Origin: Thraustochytrium aureum
Lineage: Eukaryota
NCBI GenBank assembly: GCA_012862495.1
Contig: BLSG01000381.1
Span: 1-35,476 of the forward strand
DNA: 35,476 bases
Direction of reading: 5' to 3'
Shown here: positions 22,052 to 31,596 of the stretch, in pieces
Layout of the letters: each line of letters begins with the position of its first letter
How positions within the stretch are numbered: the first letter of the stretch is position 1
Translations under genes and position numbers: made by a program
The notes under the pieces: model-generated
Databases searched by the model: none
What the model was told of the DNA's origin: nothing
Seen by the model: the letters and a program-made list of their open reading frames with translations, nothing else

Positions 22052-23917
22052 ATGCCGAAGAAAATTAGGGCCGCGGACATCGAGTACGTTTTCACGACAG
22101 TTTCCAACCAAAAGGTATATGGGGCCTCGCCGCCAATCCCGCGAGTCATCCTGACGCCCAGATCATCAGAGGCGCTTCTCCGTAGCGGAGTCGACCCAGA
22201 AGAGCTCCGCGTTCGCGACCTCGATTCTTTCTGGGAGCCAGGAATCGACCCCAAAGTGCAGCGCTTGCGCCATGAAGACTACAGCACGCGGCGCCGCGAC
22301 CTCATGAACGAGGTGCGCACAACCCGGATGCAAATCGCCAAAGAACACGAGGCGCGCGGCAAGGGCAGCAAGGACCTGCGCTCCAAGGGGGCCCCCAATC
22401 CCGCCGCGGCAGGCCTCTCTGCCCTCGGCGCAGACTCGGAGAGCGATGGGGGCGTCGGGACACTCGTCGAGCAAGAAGAAGCTCGGCTCAAGAAGATCCA
22501 GCTCCGCAAGAAGCAGGAGGTCGAGCAAATGCTTGCCTTTGAGATGCGCCAGCTCGAGCTTCAGGAGGAAACGCAAGCCAAACTCAAGGCGGAAGAGGAA
22601 AAGTCCAAACGGATCCAGCGTGAGGTTGAGCGTCGTCGCAAAGAGCAGCTCGAGCTCCAGCGCATGAAAGACATGCAGCGCCAGGCCCAGGTCGAGTTCG
22701 AGGAAAAGCAGCGGCGCAAGATTGCCGAGCAAGCATTCCAGCGAGAAAAGGAAATTGCCAAGAAGCGCGACGAGGAGGAGGCAGAGCGGCGGCGAGAGGC
22801 CACCCGCAAGCAGCGCGAGCGCGACCAAAAATCGCAGGCCTTGCGCGAGCAGACCGAGCAAATCCTCAAGCGCAAGCAGCTCGAGCTTGAAAAGCGCAAG
22901 CACGAGGCCGAGGAGAAGGAGCGCCGCCGCATCGAGAAGCTCGAGAGGCAAAAGGCAGAGTACGCGCGCCAAGTCGAAGAAAAGCAGCGGCGCGCGCGGC
23001 AGAGGATAGAAATGAACCGCAAAATGCTCGACGAGGCAGAGATGCGCCGCGCTGAGGAGATCGAGATGAAGGAGCGTATTGCAGAGGAGCGTTCACGGCG
23101 CCTGGAGGAGCGCCGTGACGAAGAGTTCCGGAGGAAGAATCTCGAGCTGCAGCTCATGGAAGAAAAGCGTCTGCGCCTCGTCGACGAAGCGAGGCGCGAG
23201 GAGGAGCTCCGCGCCCAGGACCTCCTGGCGCGCCAGGAGCAGGTCGACGAAGCCCTCACAAAGATTGCAGAGACCAAGGAGCGCAACCTTGCGATTCAGC
23301 GCGAGCAGCAGCGTCTCCGCATCGAGGCAAAACTGCGCAACGCGGAGCGCATGAAACGCAAGAAAGAATACGAGAGGATGCAGGTCCTCCACAAGCTCGA
23401 GGACGACGCGCAGCGCATCGACACGATGCTTGAGCGAAAGCGAGAGATCACGCAGCGCCGCAAGGAGGCCGCCATTAACGCCAAGATTAAGCGCGACGAG
23501 ATCGCAAAGGCCATGGAGACCATTCGGCTGCACAAAAAGTGGGGCGCAGCCGACAAGCTCCTCGCGAACATCCAAGGCGGGGCCGGCGGCAAGGGCACTG
23601 CCGCGCACAAGAAGGGCCGGAGGCAGCGCAAGGAGGCGCGCGACCACCAGCACACCCACTCCGCGGCCGACCTGCTCACGCCGTTCGAGCAGCGCAAGGC
23701 GGCCGAGGCCGTCGCAATCCGGACGGCGAAGAAGATCGAAAAGCACAGCTTGCAGGCATCAGGAGGCAAGCCGGCGCATCCGTACGTGTCCCCCTACGAG
23801 GCGGCTATTGAACAGCAGCGCGTGGACCGCGAGCGCCAAGCCAAGGCCAGCAAGTCCACTTCCGTGCTGCCCGCGTTTGCCTCTGTCGACATGGACGACG
23901 GGAGCATCATCTTCTGA
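22052..23917 (+). CDS. 621-aa E/K/R/Q-rich coiled-coil protein with a conserved-looking N-terminal LTPRS...GVDPEEL domain; possibly flagellum/cytoskeleton associated
   Basis: Intact ORF, clear coding bias, long charged helical region. The N-terminal ILTPRSSEALLRSGVDPEELRVRDLDSFWEPGIDP resembles a motif I recall from uncharacterised protist proteins. Confidence 0.8.
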   Translation: MPKKIRAADIEYVFTTVSNQKVYGASPPIPRVILTPRSSEALLRSGVDPEELRVRDLDSFWEPGIDPKVQRLRHEDYSTRRRDLMNEVRTTRMQIAKEHEARGKGSKDLRSKGAPNPAAAGLSALGADSESDGGVGTLVEQEEARLKKIQLRKKQEVEQMLAFEMRQLELQEETQAKLKAEEEKSKRIQREVERRRKEQLELQRMKDMQRQAQVEFEEKQRRKIAEQAFQREKEIAKKRDEEEAERRREATRKQRERDQKSQALREQTEQILKRKQLELEKRKHEAEEKERRRIEKLERQKAEYARQVEEKQRRARQRIEMNRKMLDEAEMRRAEEIEMKERIAEERSRRLEERRDEEFRRKNLELQLMEEKRLRLVDEARREEELRAQDLLARQEQVDEALTKIAETKERNLAIQREQQRLRIEAKLRNAERMKRKKEYERMQVLHKLEDDAQRIDTMLERKREITQRRKEAAINAKIKRDEIAKAMETIRLHKKWGAADKLLANIQGGAGGKGTAAHKKGRRQRKEARDHQHTHSAADLLTPFEQRKAAEAVAIRTAKKIEKHSLQASGGKPAHPYVSPYEAAIEQQRVDRERQAKASKSTSVLPAFASVDMDDGSIIF

Positions 23918-24005
23918 GTCAAAACCTTGCTGTGCCCAATACAAACCCCTGTCTGCCGTTTCCTTCCTCCATCAAGGCCTGCCTGCGCCAACGGGCGGCG
24001 TCGCG

Positions 24006-25579
24006 ATGACCGATCGACGAGCGTTGACGCGCTGCGTCGGCCGAGTCCACGTCCTCGCCGTCGGTATCGCTCTTGCTCACGCCACGCGAGGGTGCCGCGC
24101 TTCACCAAGTGCCCTGCCGCGCTCGCTGCAGCTCCTTTTGGCCGGGCTGGCGCCTGCGCGGGGCGCGTCTCGGGCTCGTCGCTCGCCGTCGTCCCGGTGC
24201 TCGTGGNNNNNNNNNNNNNNNNNNNNNNNNNNNNNNNNNNNNNNNNNNNNNNNNNNNNNNNNNNNNNNNNNNNNNNNNNNNNNNNNNNNNNNNNNNNNNN
24301 NNNNNNNNNNNNNNNNNNNNNNNNNNNNNNNNNNNNNNNNNNNNNNNNNNNNNNNNNNNNNNNNNNNNNNNNNNNNNNNNNNNNNNNNNNNNNNNNNNNN
24401 NNNNNNNNNNNNNNNNNNNNNNNNNNNNNNNNNNNNNNNNNNNNNNNNNNNNNNNNNNNNNNNNNNNNNNNNNNNNNNNNNNNNNNNNNNNNNNNNNNNN
24501 NNNNNNNNNNNNNNNNNNNNNNNNNNNNNNNNNNNNNNNNNNNNNNNNNNNNNNNNNNNNNNNNNNNNNNNNNNNNNNNNNNNNNNNNNNNNNNNNNNGC
24601 CGTGTGGCGAGCCGTGTTCGTGTTTGGCGGAATCGACGATGCCTTTTACGAGCTCCTGCCGTACGTGCCAGCCGAGGCGTTTGCGGCTGTGGGTTCTGTC
24701 GGGGTCCGCTTGCTCACGTGCGAAGGGCGCCCGGCAGTAGACGCGCTGCGCTGGGCCGGGCTGCTCGCGCCGCGACTCGAGTGCTTTCCAGACCGCCACA
24801 GTGGCGGCCCGGATAGCGAGCGCCGCCTGCCTGTGGCCGTCTCGACGGTCAAGGGCGGCAGCATCCTGTACGCGCGGCTTTTCATCCAAACGGCCCACAG
24901 GTGCGGGTTGTGCGTTGGCTACGGGTTTCGGCCGAACGGCAACTGGCCCCCGCCGCACGAAACTGTTCCGTCGTACAGCTCGGACGCGCTGCTCGCAATC
25001 GCTTTTGTGGACCAGTGGCGGGCCTACGCTTTGTCGGAGGTCGGCCTGCGCGAAAACGTGGATTGTGTTGCGACGGTGCGCGACCCCTTGAGCCGCGTTG
25101 TGTCCATGTACCTGTACTTTGAGTCTGCGGGCGAGCTGGCCCTGCGGCCTGTTTCCGCGCACCTCGTGTCGCTCAGTTCTGTTGGTGAGCGCGTCGCGTG
25201 GATGTGGGACACGATTGGCGAGGAAACAATGATCTCCACCCACAAATACCTCACCGACTCTATCGAGTTCGGCTGCGCCGTGGTACGCTTCGAAGCCTTT
25301 GCCTCGGACTTCAACAAGACGGCCACGACTGCTTTCGCTGGCTGGGGGGTGGCGTCGGGGGCCCACGCTGCTCTACTGGCTGATGTGCAAAAGCTGGACC
25401 AGGGCCGCCGCAGCGCTGCCGAGCTGAGCCGAGACCACCACCACACCTCGTCCAAGTTTCCCTCGGGGTACAAGCGAGCTGTGCGCGCAGCGTTTGTTGG
25501 GCTGCCACGCGCCATGAGCTTGCTCGCCGAGCAACGCCGCGACCTCGGGTACAGTGACGATGCCTCCCAGACAAGTTGA
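24006..25579 (+). CDS. Sulfotransferase-family protein with hydrophobic N-terminus; start uncertain, N-gap 24207-24598
   Basis: 5'-PSB-like STVKGGS, 3'-PB VRDPLSRVVSMYLY, VVRFE and terminal LGY motifs. Confidence 0.75.
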
Positions 25580-25687
25580 AGGCGGGCCGGGCCTCCTCGG
25601 ACACCCATTTTTTTATAAAAGCAGGAAACAGGAAATACCTACCACTGTGCGCGCAAGGCTGCTTTCATTTTCGTCTGCGAGCAGAGC

Positions 25688-26407
25688 CTACTCTGCCTTT
25701 GTCTTCTGCAGCGCTTGCGCACGGCGCTTGGCTCCAAGTCGCGCAAATCGCGACGGGTCCCGGCGCGGCTCGCTCAGCATCGGCAGCGCAAGCAACGAGC
25801 CCAGATATGGCCCCAATAAGTACGCGCTCGCATAGGGGTGGTTCAAGTCCATCCCGGCCACCAACACCTTGGAAAAGTATGCCGCAGGGCTCGAATACGC
25901 CCCGGTCACCTCCAGGAACAAAAACACCACGCCAGTGCAGAAGAGCGACTGCACCACCATGGAAGAGCTCACTCGGCTTGCGAACCATTGCAGCAGGAAA
26001 AAGATAAGCCCCTCAACCAGAACGGTCTCGATGTACCCAATTTTGGGCTGCGCTGGCGCGAACGAGACGGCCTTGTCCACCGACTGGACCATCCACAGCC
26101 CAAGCAAGTTGCCCACGACGTACCCGGCGAGGTCCGCGCTAGAGCAAGCCACGCACTCGCCGACGCGCACCGCGTCGGCGGGGCCTCGGACAAGGTGCTG
26201 AAAGTGCGTCGCGGGGTTGAGCACCGCGCGCAGGTTGAGCGCCTCGTACACGAGCAGCGTCACAAAGAACAGCACGGCCGACACCTCGTACGCGAACGGC
26301 ACGCCGAGCGCATCCGGCATGAAGAACGCTACGCAGCTGAGCCAGGCAGCCACCACGCAGCCGAGAAACTCCTCCACCAGCCTTTTGGCCGTCACCGCGC
26401 CCGACAT
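25688..26407 (-). CDS. Aquaporin / MIP-family channel, unorthodox (NPA + SPA)
   Basis: 239 aa, about six hydrophobic helices, EEFLG in TM1, VLNPA in loop B, VLVEG in TM4, TGAYSSPAAYF in loop E, YLLGPYLGSLLA in TM6. Confidence 0.85.
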   Translation of the reverse strand: MSGAVTAKRLVEEFLGCVVAAWLSCVAFFMPDALGVPFAYEVSAVLFFVTLLVYEALNLRAVLNPATHFQHLVRGPADAVRVGECVACSSADLAGYVVGNLLGLWMVQSVDKAVSFAPAQPKIGYIETVLVEGLIFFLLQWFASRVSSSMVVQSLFCTGVVFLFLEVTGAYSSPAAYFSKVLVAGMDLNHPYASAYLLGPYLGSLLALPMLSEPRRDPSRFARLGAKRRAQALQKTKAE

Positions 26408-26443
26408 AGGTCCTCGTGCGCGCCGCTCGCGGCCGACAGCTCA

Positions 26444-26475
26444 CCAGCCAGCCAGCCAGCCAGCCAACCAGCCAG
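26444..26475. repeat. (CCAG)n microsatellite in the aquaporin 5' region
   Basis: ccagccagccagccagccagccaaccagccag. Confidence 0.85.
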
Positions 26476-27491
26476 CACACCAGCTCGGCCTTCGCGGCGC
26501 CGTCACTTCCAGCTCCAAGCCAGGCCGCCTCGCGCCGTCGTGAGTCTGGCACTGTCTCTTGTCACGCGCCACTCACGCGACGATGAAACGCCAAAACAAC
26601 AGCAAGACACACACGTGATGATCAACGACACGAGTCAGTCGGTCAGTTCCGGCACCGATCGACCGCAGGCAGACCAGGCGCAGCGCTGGACCCGCCATCG
26701 AGCCGGCCCCCGGCGCAGCGCGTCCGCGGCGGCCAAGCAACAGCTCGAGCGAGGCCCGACACGCCCGTACTTGGAGAGGAAGGAGTTCACGGCGCCTTGC
26801 TCGGGCCGCGTTGCTCGCCCGAGTCCGCTGCGAGCGCCTCGAGAGCGCCGCCTGGCAGCCAGCGCAAGAGCGCGCCAGTGCCCAACGCGTGCGCGCCAGG
26901 GCAGCAGGCCCNNNNNNNNNNNNNNNNNNNNNNNNNNNNNNNNNNNNNNNNNNNNNNNNNNNNNNNNNNNNNNNNNNNNNNNNNNNNNNNNNNNNNNNNN
27001 NNNNNNNNNNNNNNNNNNNNNNNNNNNNNNNNNNNNNNNNNNNNNNNNNNNNNNNNNNNNNNNNNNNNNNNNNNNNNNNNNNNNNNNNNNNNNNNNNNNN
27101 NNNNNNNNNNNNNNNNNNNNNNNNNNNNNNNNNNNNNNNNNNNNNNNNNNNNNNNNNNNNNNNNNNNNNNNNNNNNNNNNNNNNNNNNNNNNNNNNNNNN
27201 NNNNNNNNNNNNNNNNNNNNNNNNNNNNNNNNNNNNNNNNNNNNNNNNNNNNNNNNNNNNNNNNNNNNNNNNNNNNNNNNNNNNNNNNNNNNNNNNNNNN
27301 NNNNNNNNNNNNNNNNNNNNNNNNNNNNNNNNNNNNNNNNNNNNNNNNNNNNNNNNNNNNNNNNNNNNNNNNNNNNNNNNNNNNNNNNNNNNNNNNNNNN
27401 NNNNNNNNNNNNNNNNNNNNNNNNNNNNNNNNNNNNNNNNNNNNNNNNNNNNNNNNNNNNNNNNNNNNNNNNNNNNNNNNNNNNNNNNNNN

Positions 27492-29451
27492 CTGGTGAGC
27501 CCCCGCTCGAGAACACAGTGGTCGTCACGGTGCACTTCCCAGACAGGGCCGCTTTCGAGCAGAGCGTGGAGGGAGATGACTTTGTCCAGGTCCTTTACGT
27601 GCGCGAGCGCCCTTGGTCCTTGGGGGCATCCTTCGGGAGCTACTGCCGCATTCGGAACGCTACTGTTCGGGGCCGCGAAAAGCTTGGCGGCAACGCGGAC
27701 GGGACCGCGAAGCAGGTTGTTTCCGCCACCGTGGCGTTCTCCACCTCGCAGCTTTCGCCGAAACAGAGCTACCGCTGCGCTTTGGTGCGGGGCGGAGCCA
27801 GCGAGGCAGTCGTCGCTGCATCTGATATATTTGACGTCGAGGCCAACCACCTCGTCACCATGTTCGAGCTACAAAGCTACTTTGAGCCGGAGGGGTCTGG
27901 ATGAGGAGGACGAGTGTAGCTCTGATGACCAAGACGACGCCCAGCAGCAGCAGCAGGAGGAGGAGGAGGAGGAGGAATCGGCGCAGCAAGGACCTTGGAC
28001 GCTGGGCGAGGGCGGCAAGTCGCTACTTGCGAACGCGAAAGACGGCCCGGGTTCGGGACCCGACAGCCCGCCGCGAAAGGTGTGGGCTCACAAAGCCGAC
28101 GGCGCCAACTCCGAGAGTGACGAAACAGACGCGGACGAAGAAACCCCCAACGGCGACGGATCCGAGGAGGAAACAGGCGGGGGCGGCTACGTCTCCGACA
28201 GCGAGGACCTCTCCTGGATGAGCGGCCAAGACGAGGACGAGGACGGACGTAGCACTGACAGCTCTGGCGAAGGGAACGAAGGGGGGTGGAGTGGGCGCGA
28301 GGGAAGCGGAAACGAAATCGAGCCTACAGAGGCTGAGCAGCTCAACATCGACTTCAAGCTTGGCGCTCCCTGGGAGCTTACGGCGCTGCCGAACGCCCGG
28401 ATCTCGAGACTTCGCGACATCCTGCTCAAGCGGCAAATCCTCAAGCTCAGTGAGGACAAGACCATTTGGCAATCACGTTGGACTGAGCTCGTCAGTGCGC
28501 CTCCCGCGGATTTCAAAATGGACACAAAGCTTGTGGCTGAGCAGGCGAAAATCGCTCTCAGCGAAGACCCAAACCTGTCCAAGGCCCGCCTCGCTCTGGT
28601 TCCCTCCAAAATTGCAGAGCACACGTTTTGGTGGGCCTATTTTTGGAACGTTGAGCTCGTCAAGCTTCGAGTCACGGACATGCTCCACCAACACCCCCTT
28701 CCGGCTGAGCTGCTGGAGTGCGAGTCCGAGTTGCCCGAGCCCAGCAAACTGCGAGCTGCCAGTCTTCCGAAACCCGGGGCTCGCCTCATTTACTACGTTC
28801 CCATCCCGTTTTCGCCCGAGTCGCAAATGGCGGTGCTGCGTGAGCACACGCGAGCCAAACTCTCTGCGCTTCGAGATTCTGAAGCCGCGAACCTGGTTGT
28901 TCCGCTGAAGAGAGGCGCGAGGAAGACCCGGCGCAAGGTGCGCTTTTCCTCGGAGGCGTCCTCGGCGAGTTCGGACGCGGCGTCGCAGGCCTTGCAACCG
29001 CCTTCGCTGCCGCCTGCCCCGCCGGTGGCCGCAGCGTCGCTGGGTGCAGCACGGGAAGGGCAGGTAAGCTGAGTTGCGCTCTTGTGCCACCATCCCGTTG
29101 CCCTCTCTCCCTACTAGAGCTAGCTCTAGAGGGGGAGGGCCTGCGCATGCTGCATCTGCTCGCCCTCCGCGTCCGCGGGGCTCTATCGGCTCATTGAGGC
29201 GAGGAGGCACCCGCAGGTGACGGGCAACGCGAGCGCCGAGATGAGAAATCCAGATCTGTTCTANNNNNNNNNNNNNNNNNNNNNNNNNNNNNNNNNNNNN
29301 NNNNNNNNNNNNNNNNNNNNNNNNNNNNNNNNNNNNNNNNNNNNNNNNNNNNNNNNNNNNNNNNNNNNNNNNNNNNNNNNNNNNNNNNNNNNNNNNNNNN
29401 NNNNNNNNNNNNNNNNNNNNNNNNNNNNNNNNNNNNCCAGATCTGTTCTAA
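27492..29451 (+). CDS. BSD-domain protein with N-terminal SKICH-like beta domain and acidic linker; 5'-partial, +1 frameshift at 27892-27895, probable last intron 29064-29216
   Basis: BSD signature AKIALSEDPNLSKARLALVPSKIAEHTFWWAYFWNV (about 28545-28665). Beta-rich segment 27495-27842 ends in VVAASDIFDV. Last exon VTGNASAEMRNPDLF* if spliced; otherwise TGA at 29070-29072. Confidence 0.75.
29064..29216 (+). other. Probable spliceosomal intron (153 nt, phase 0)
   Basis: CAG|GTAAGC donor and CCCGCAG|GTG acceptor. Confidence 0.6.
29264..29436. other. Assembly gap that is probably false (overlapping contig ends). Other N-gaps: 1008-1173, 4645-4977, 7444-7671, 8915-9599, 12191-12437, 24207-24598, 26912-27491, 31687-31790
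   Basis: CCAGATCTGTTCTA occurs immediately before (29250-29263) and immediately after (29437-29450) the gap. Confidence 0.75.
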
Positions 29452-29471
29452 TTCAGTGTAACTGTACTCAC

Positions 29472-30659
29472 TTACATGTCCATGTCGTGTTGGTGGTCAA
29501 AGCTGGCGTCCGAAGACGAGCTGCAGCTCGAGTAAACCGTGTCTGGTGTTTTAGCGTCAAAATCGAGGTCGGCGTCGTCCTCGCCCCCTCGAACGGGGGT
29601 CTGCACTCCATGGTACGACGCCGCTCGGTGATTGCTCGAAACCTCGCTATCGGTGTCCTCCTCCATACTAAACACACTGGGCGGGAGGTAGAACGAGTGG
29701 GCCGGGTTTGGCGAGCTGGTCTCCGCCTCTTGCGGGGGCTCGTGCCTCGGCGACGCCGCTTCGGTGGGCGCTTCTGCGCCAGCCTCGAGCGCCACCACGG
29801 CGAGAACGACGGTGATGTCGTCCATTTTGCCGCCAGTAAAGTCAAACCCGTGCGCCTGCGCGTTCTTGGAGAACGGGGTCCGCAGCTTTTTGTTCCGGCT
29901 AGCCATGTACGCGGACGTCGCGAGGTGGTTGGCCGTCTTGGTCATGGTCTTCTCCGACGTCGTGAGTTTGAAAGGCAGGTTTTCAACGCACGAGATGACG
30001 TCCTCAACGCTGAGGTTGTCAAAGAACCCGTCGGTGCCTGCGATCACAATGTCGCCTTCCTCCACCTTTACCTGGTAGCTGTCCGCGTCGGAGGGCATGT
30101 CGAGCGAGTTGGTGCCGAGCTGCTTTGGGCAGTTAAAGTAGTGCTGCTGTTCCTCGGACCGTGCGATGAAGCGCAGCCCCTCCGGCGTGGGGCGGAGCAC
30201 CACAAACCCACTGTCGCCCAGGTTGGCAGCCAGCAAGAAGTCGTCGCGAAGCGTCAGCACGCAAAGCGTGCACGTTCCCGTGGCAACAGACTCGTCGAAC
30301 GCGTGCTGCATGATGCGCCGTGGGTTGAGCTCGCCAGTGTTCTTCACGAGCCGGGTTGCATGATCGCAAATCTCGCGGCTGTACTCGCCGGCGTCCACGC
30401 CGACCTCCGCCCAGCCGCCGACGCCATCGGCGACGCCGAGGCTTCGCCCACAGAGCGAAATGTAGCACGAGTCCTCTCCCTCGCCAGTTTTTTCGGGGTG
30501 CGGGATTGCCGAGCTCGACGCGAAGAACCGCAGCTTGCGTTCCTCCGCCGGGGCCGGCGTCAGCTGTGCCCGGGGCCTGCGTCCAACGCTCGGCATGGTG
30601 AACGCCTCGTTCATCGCGGTGGGCCCACCAAACGCGTACACTCGTGATCCAGACATCAT
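29472..30659 (-). CDS. PTC7: PP2C-family protein phosphatase PTC7 homolog
   Basis: GEGEDS, LGVADGVGGW, GTCTLC, ANLGDSGF, EQQHYFNCPKQL, GDIVIAGTDGFFDN, TPFS, GGKMDDITV motifs. Confidence 0.95.
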   Translation of the reverse strand: MMSGSRVYAFGGPTAMNEAFTMPSVGRRPRAQLTPAPAEERKLRFFASSSAIPHPEKTGEGEDSCYISLCGRSLGVADGVGGWAEVGVDAGEYSREICDHATRLVKNTGELNPRRIMQHAFDESVATGTCTLCVLTLRDDFLLAANLGDSGFVVLRPTPEGLRFIARSEEQQHYFNCPKQLGTNSLDMPSDADSYQVKVEEGDIVIAGTDGFFDNLSVEDVISCVENLPFKLTTSEKTMTKTANHLATSAYMASRNKKLRTPFSKNAQAHGFDFTGGKMDDITVVLAVVALEAGAEAPTEAASPRHEPPQEAETSSPNPAHSFYLPPSVFSMEEDTDSEVSSNHRAASYHGVQTPVRGGEDDADLDFDAKTPDTVYSSCSSSSDASFDHQHDMDM

Positions 30660-31596
30660 TTCGCTCGTGCGAGCCGCGCTGGCGGCGTTCGCCTTTCTAC
30701 AAGCCTCTCTTCCCGGCTCGCTCGTCCACTCCGCGTCCTGTCTGCGCCACGAAGTAGGGGCTCGCGGACTTGCGTCACGTCGCCGACCAACAAAAGCAAG
30801 CCGTGCGAGCCCGAAACGCAGACTTGCAGCGTTGTCTGGCCGCCGGGGACCCCGTCAGCTCCTGGCGAAGCCTTGCAGTGCTTTCGCGCGTCAGCCTGGC
30901 CGCTGGAACGCGATCGACAGTTTCCACAGTTTCGAGTCTGCTGCCATCCGCCGCTGCTCGACGCCCGCATCGCCCTCGTTTTCTTTCCCCTTCCAATCTC
31001 CCCTTCTGTGTGGGTACCAACCCAGGCGCCTCCTCAGACTGCCAGGCTCTTTCCACTTTTCCGAACGGCGTTCTGAGTACCGTCGAAGTGAGAATAAAGT
31101 CTTGACTTCGGTCGCTCTAGGAGTCAGCGACTCTGACTGAATGAATCGAAAATAATGCAAATTTCAAAAAAGACAACAGGAGACCTACAGCGCGGATTTG
31201 AATTTTTTAGGTGGGACCACAGGATTCAAGAGGCGCACGGAAAGAGAGAGAGGGAGGGAAAGGGGCGTAGAGAGAGGCTGGCCGGATTCAAATGGTTCGG
31301 AATTTGCCCCAGGCGGCGTACTTTAACTCTGGGTTTTTCCCTCGCGTGGCTTCGGCTCTCGTGAGCGATTTTCCCGTCTCCGCTATTATTACCTCGCGCA
31401 TGTATTGCAAGGAGCAGCGTAACCCGCTGTGTGGACCGGTTAACGTGGGCGGGAGAGAACAAAATTAGTTCACTTGGCTAGCCTGTTTGGCGATGCCTTG
31501 ATGTCCACGTTGTCGGGATGAAAGTGTCTTTGGCGCATGTGGCGCGAAGGCAAGCAAGCGCAGCCCGAGCGCCGGGCATCGCTCTCCACGCTCGAG

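Noticed and set aside
22166..23769. Long antisense ORFs opposite the coiled-coil gene (and likewise opposite Sec5, ECM29, PTC7)
   Set aside because: Shadow ORFs caused by GC3-rich codon usage on the coding strand.
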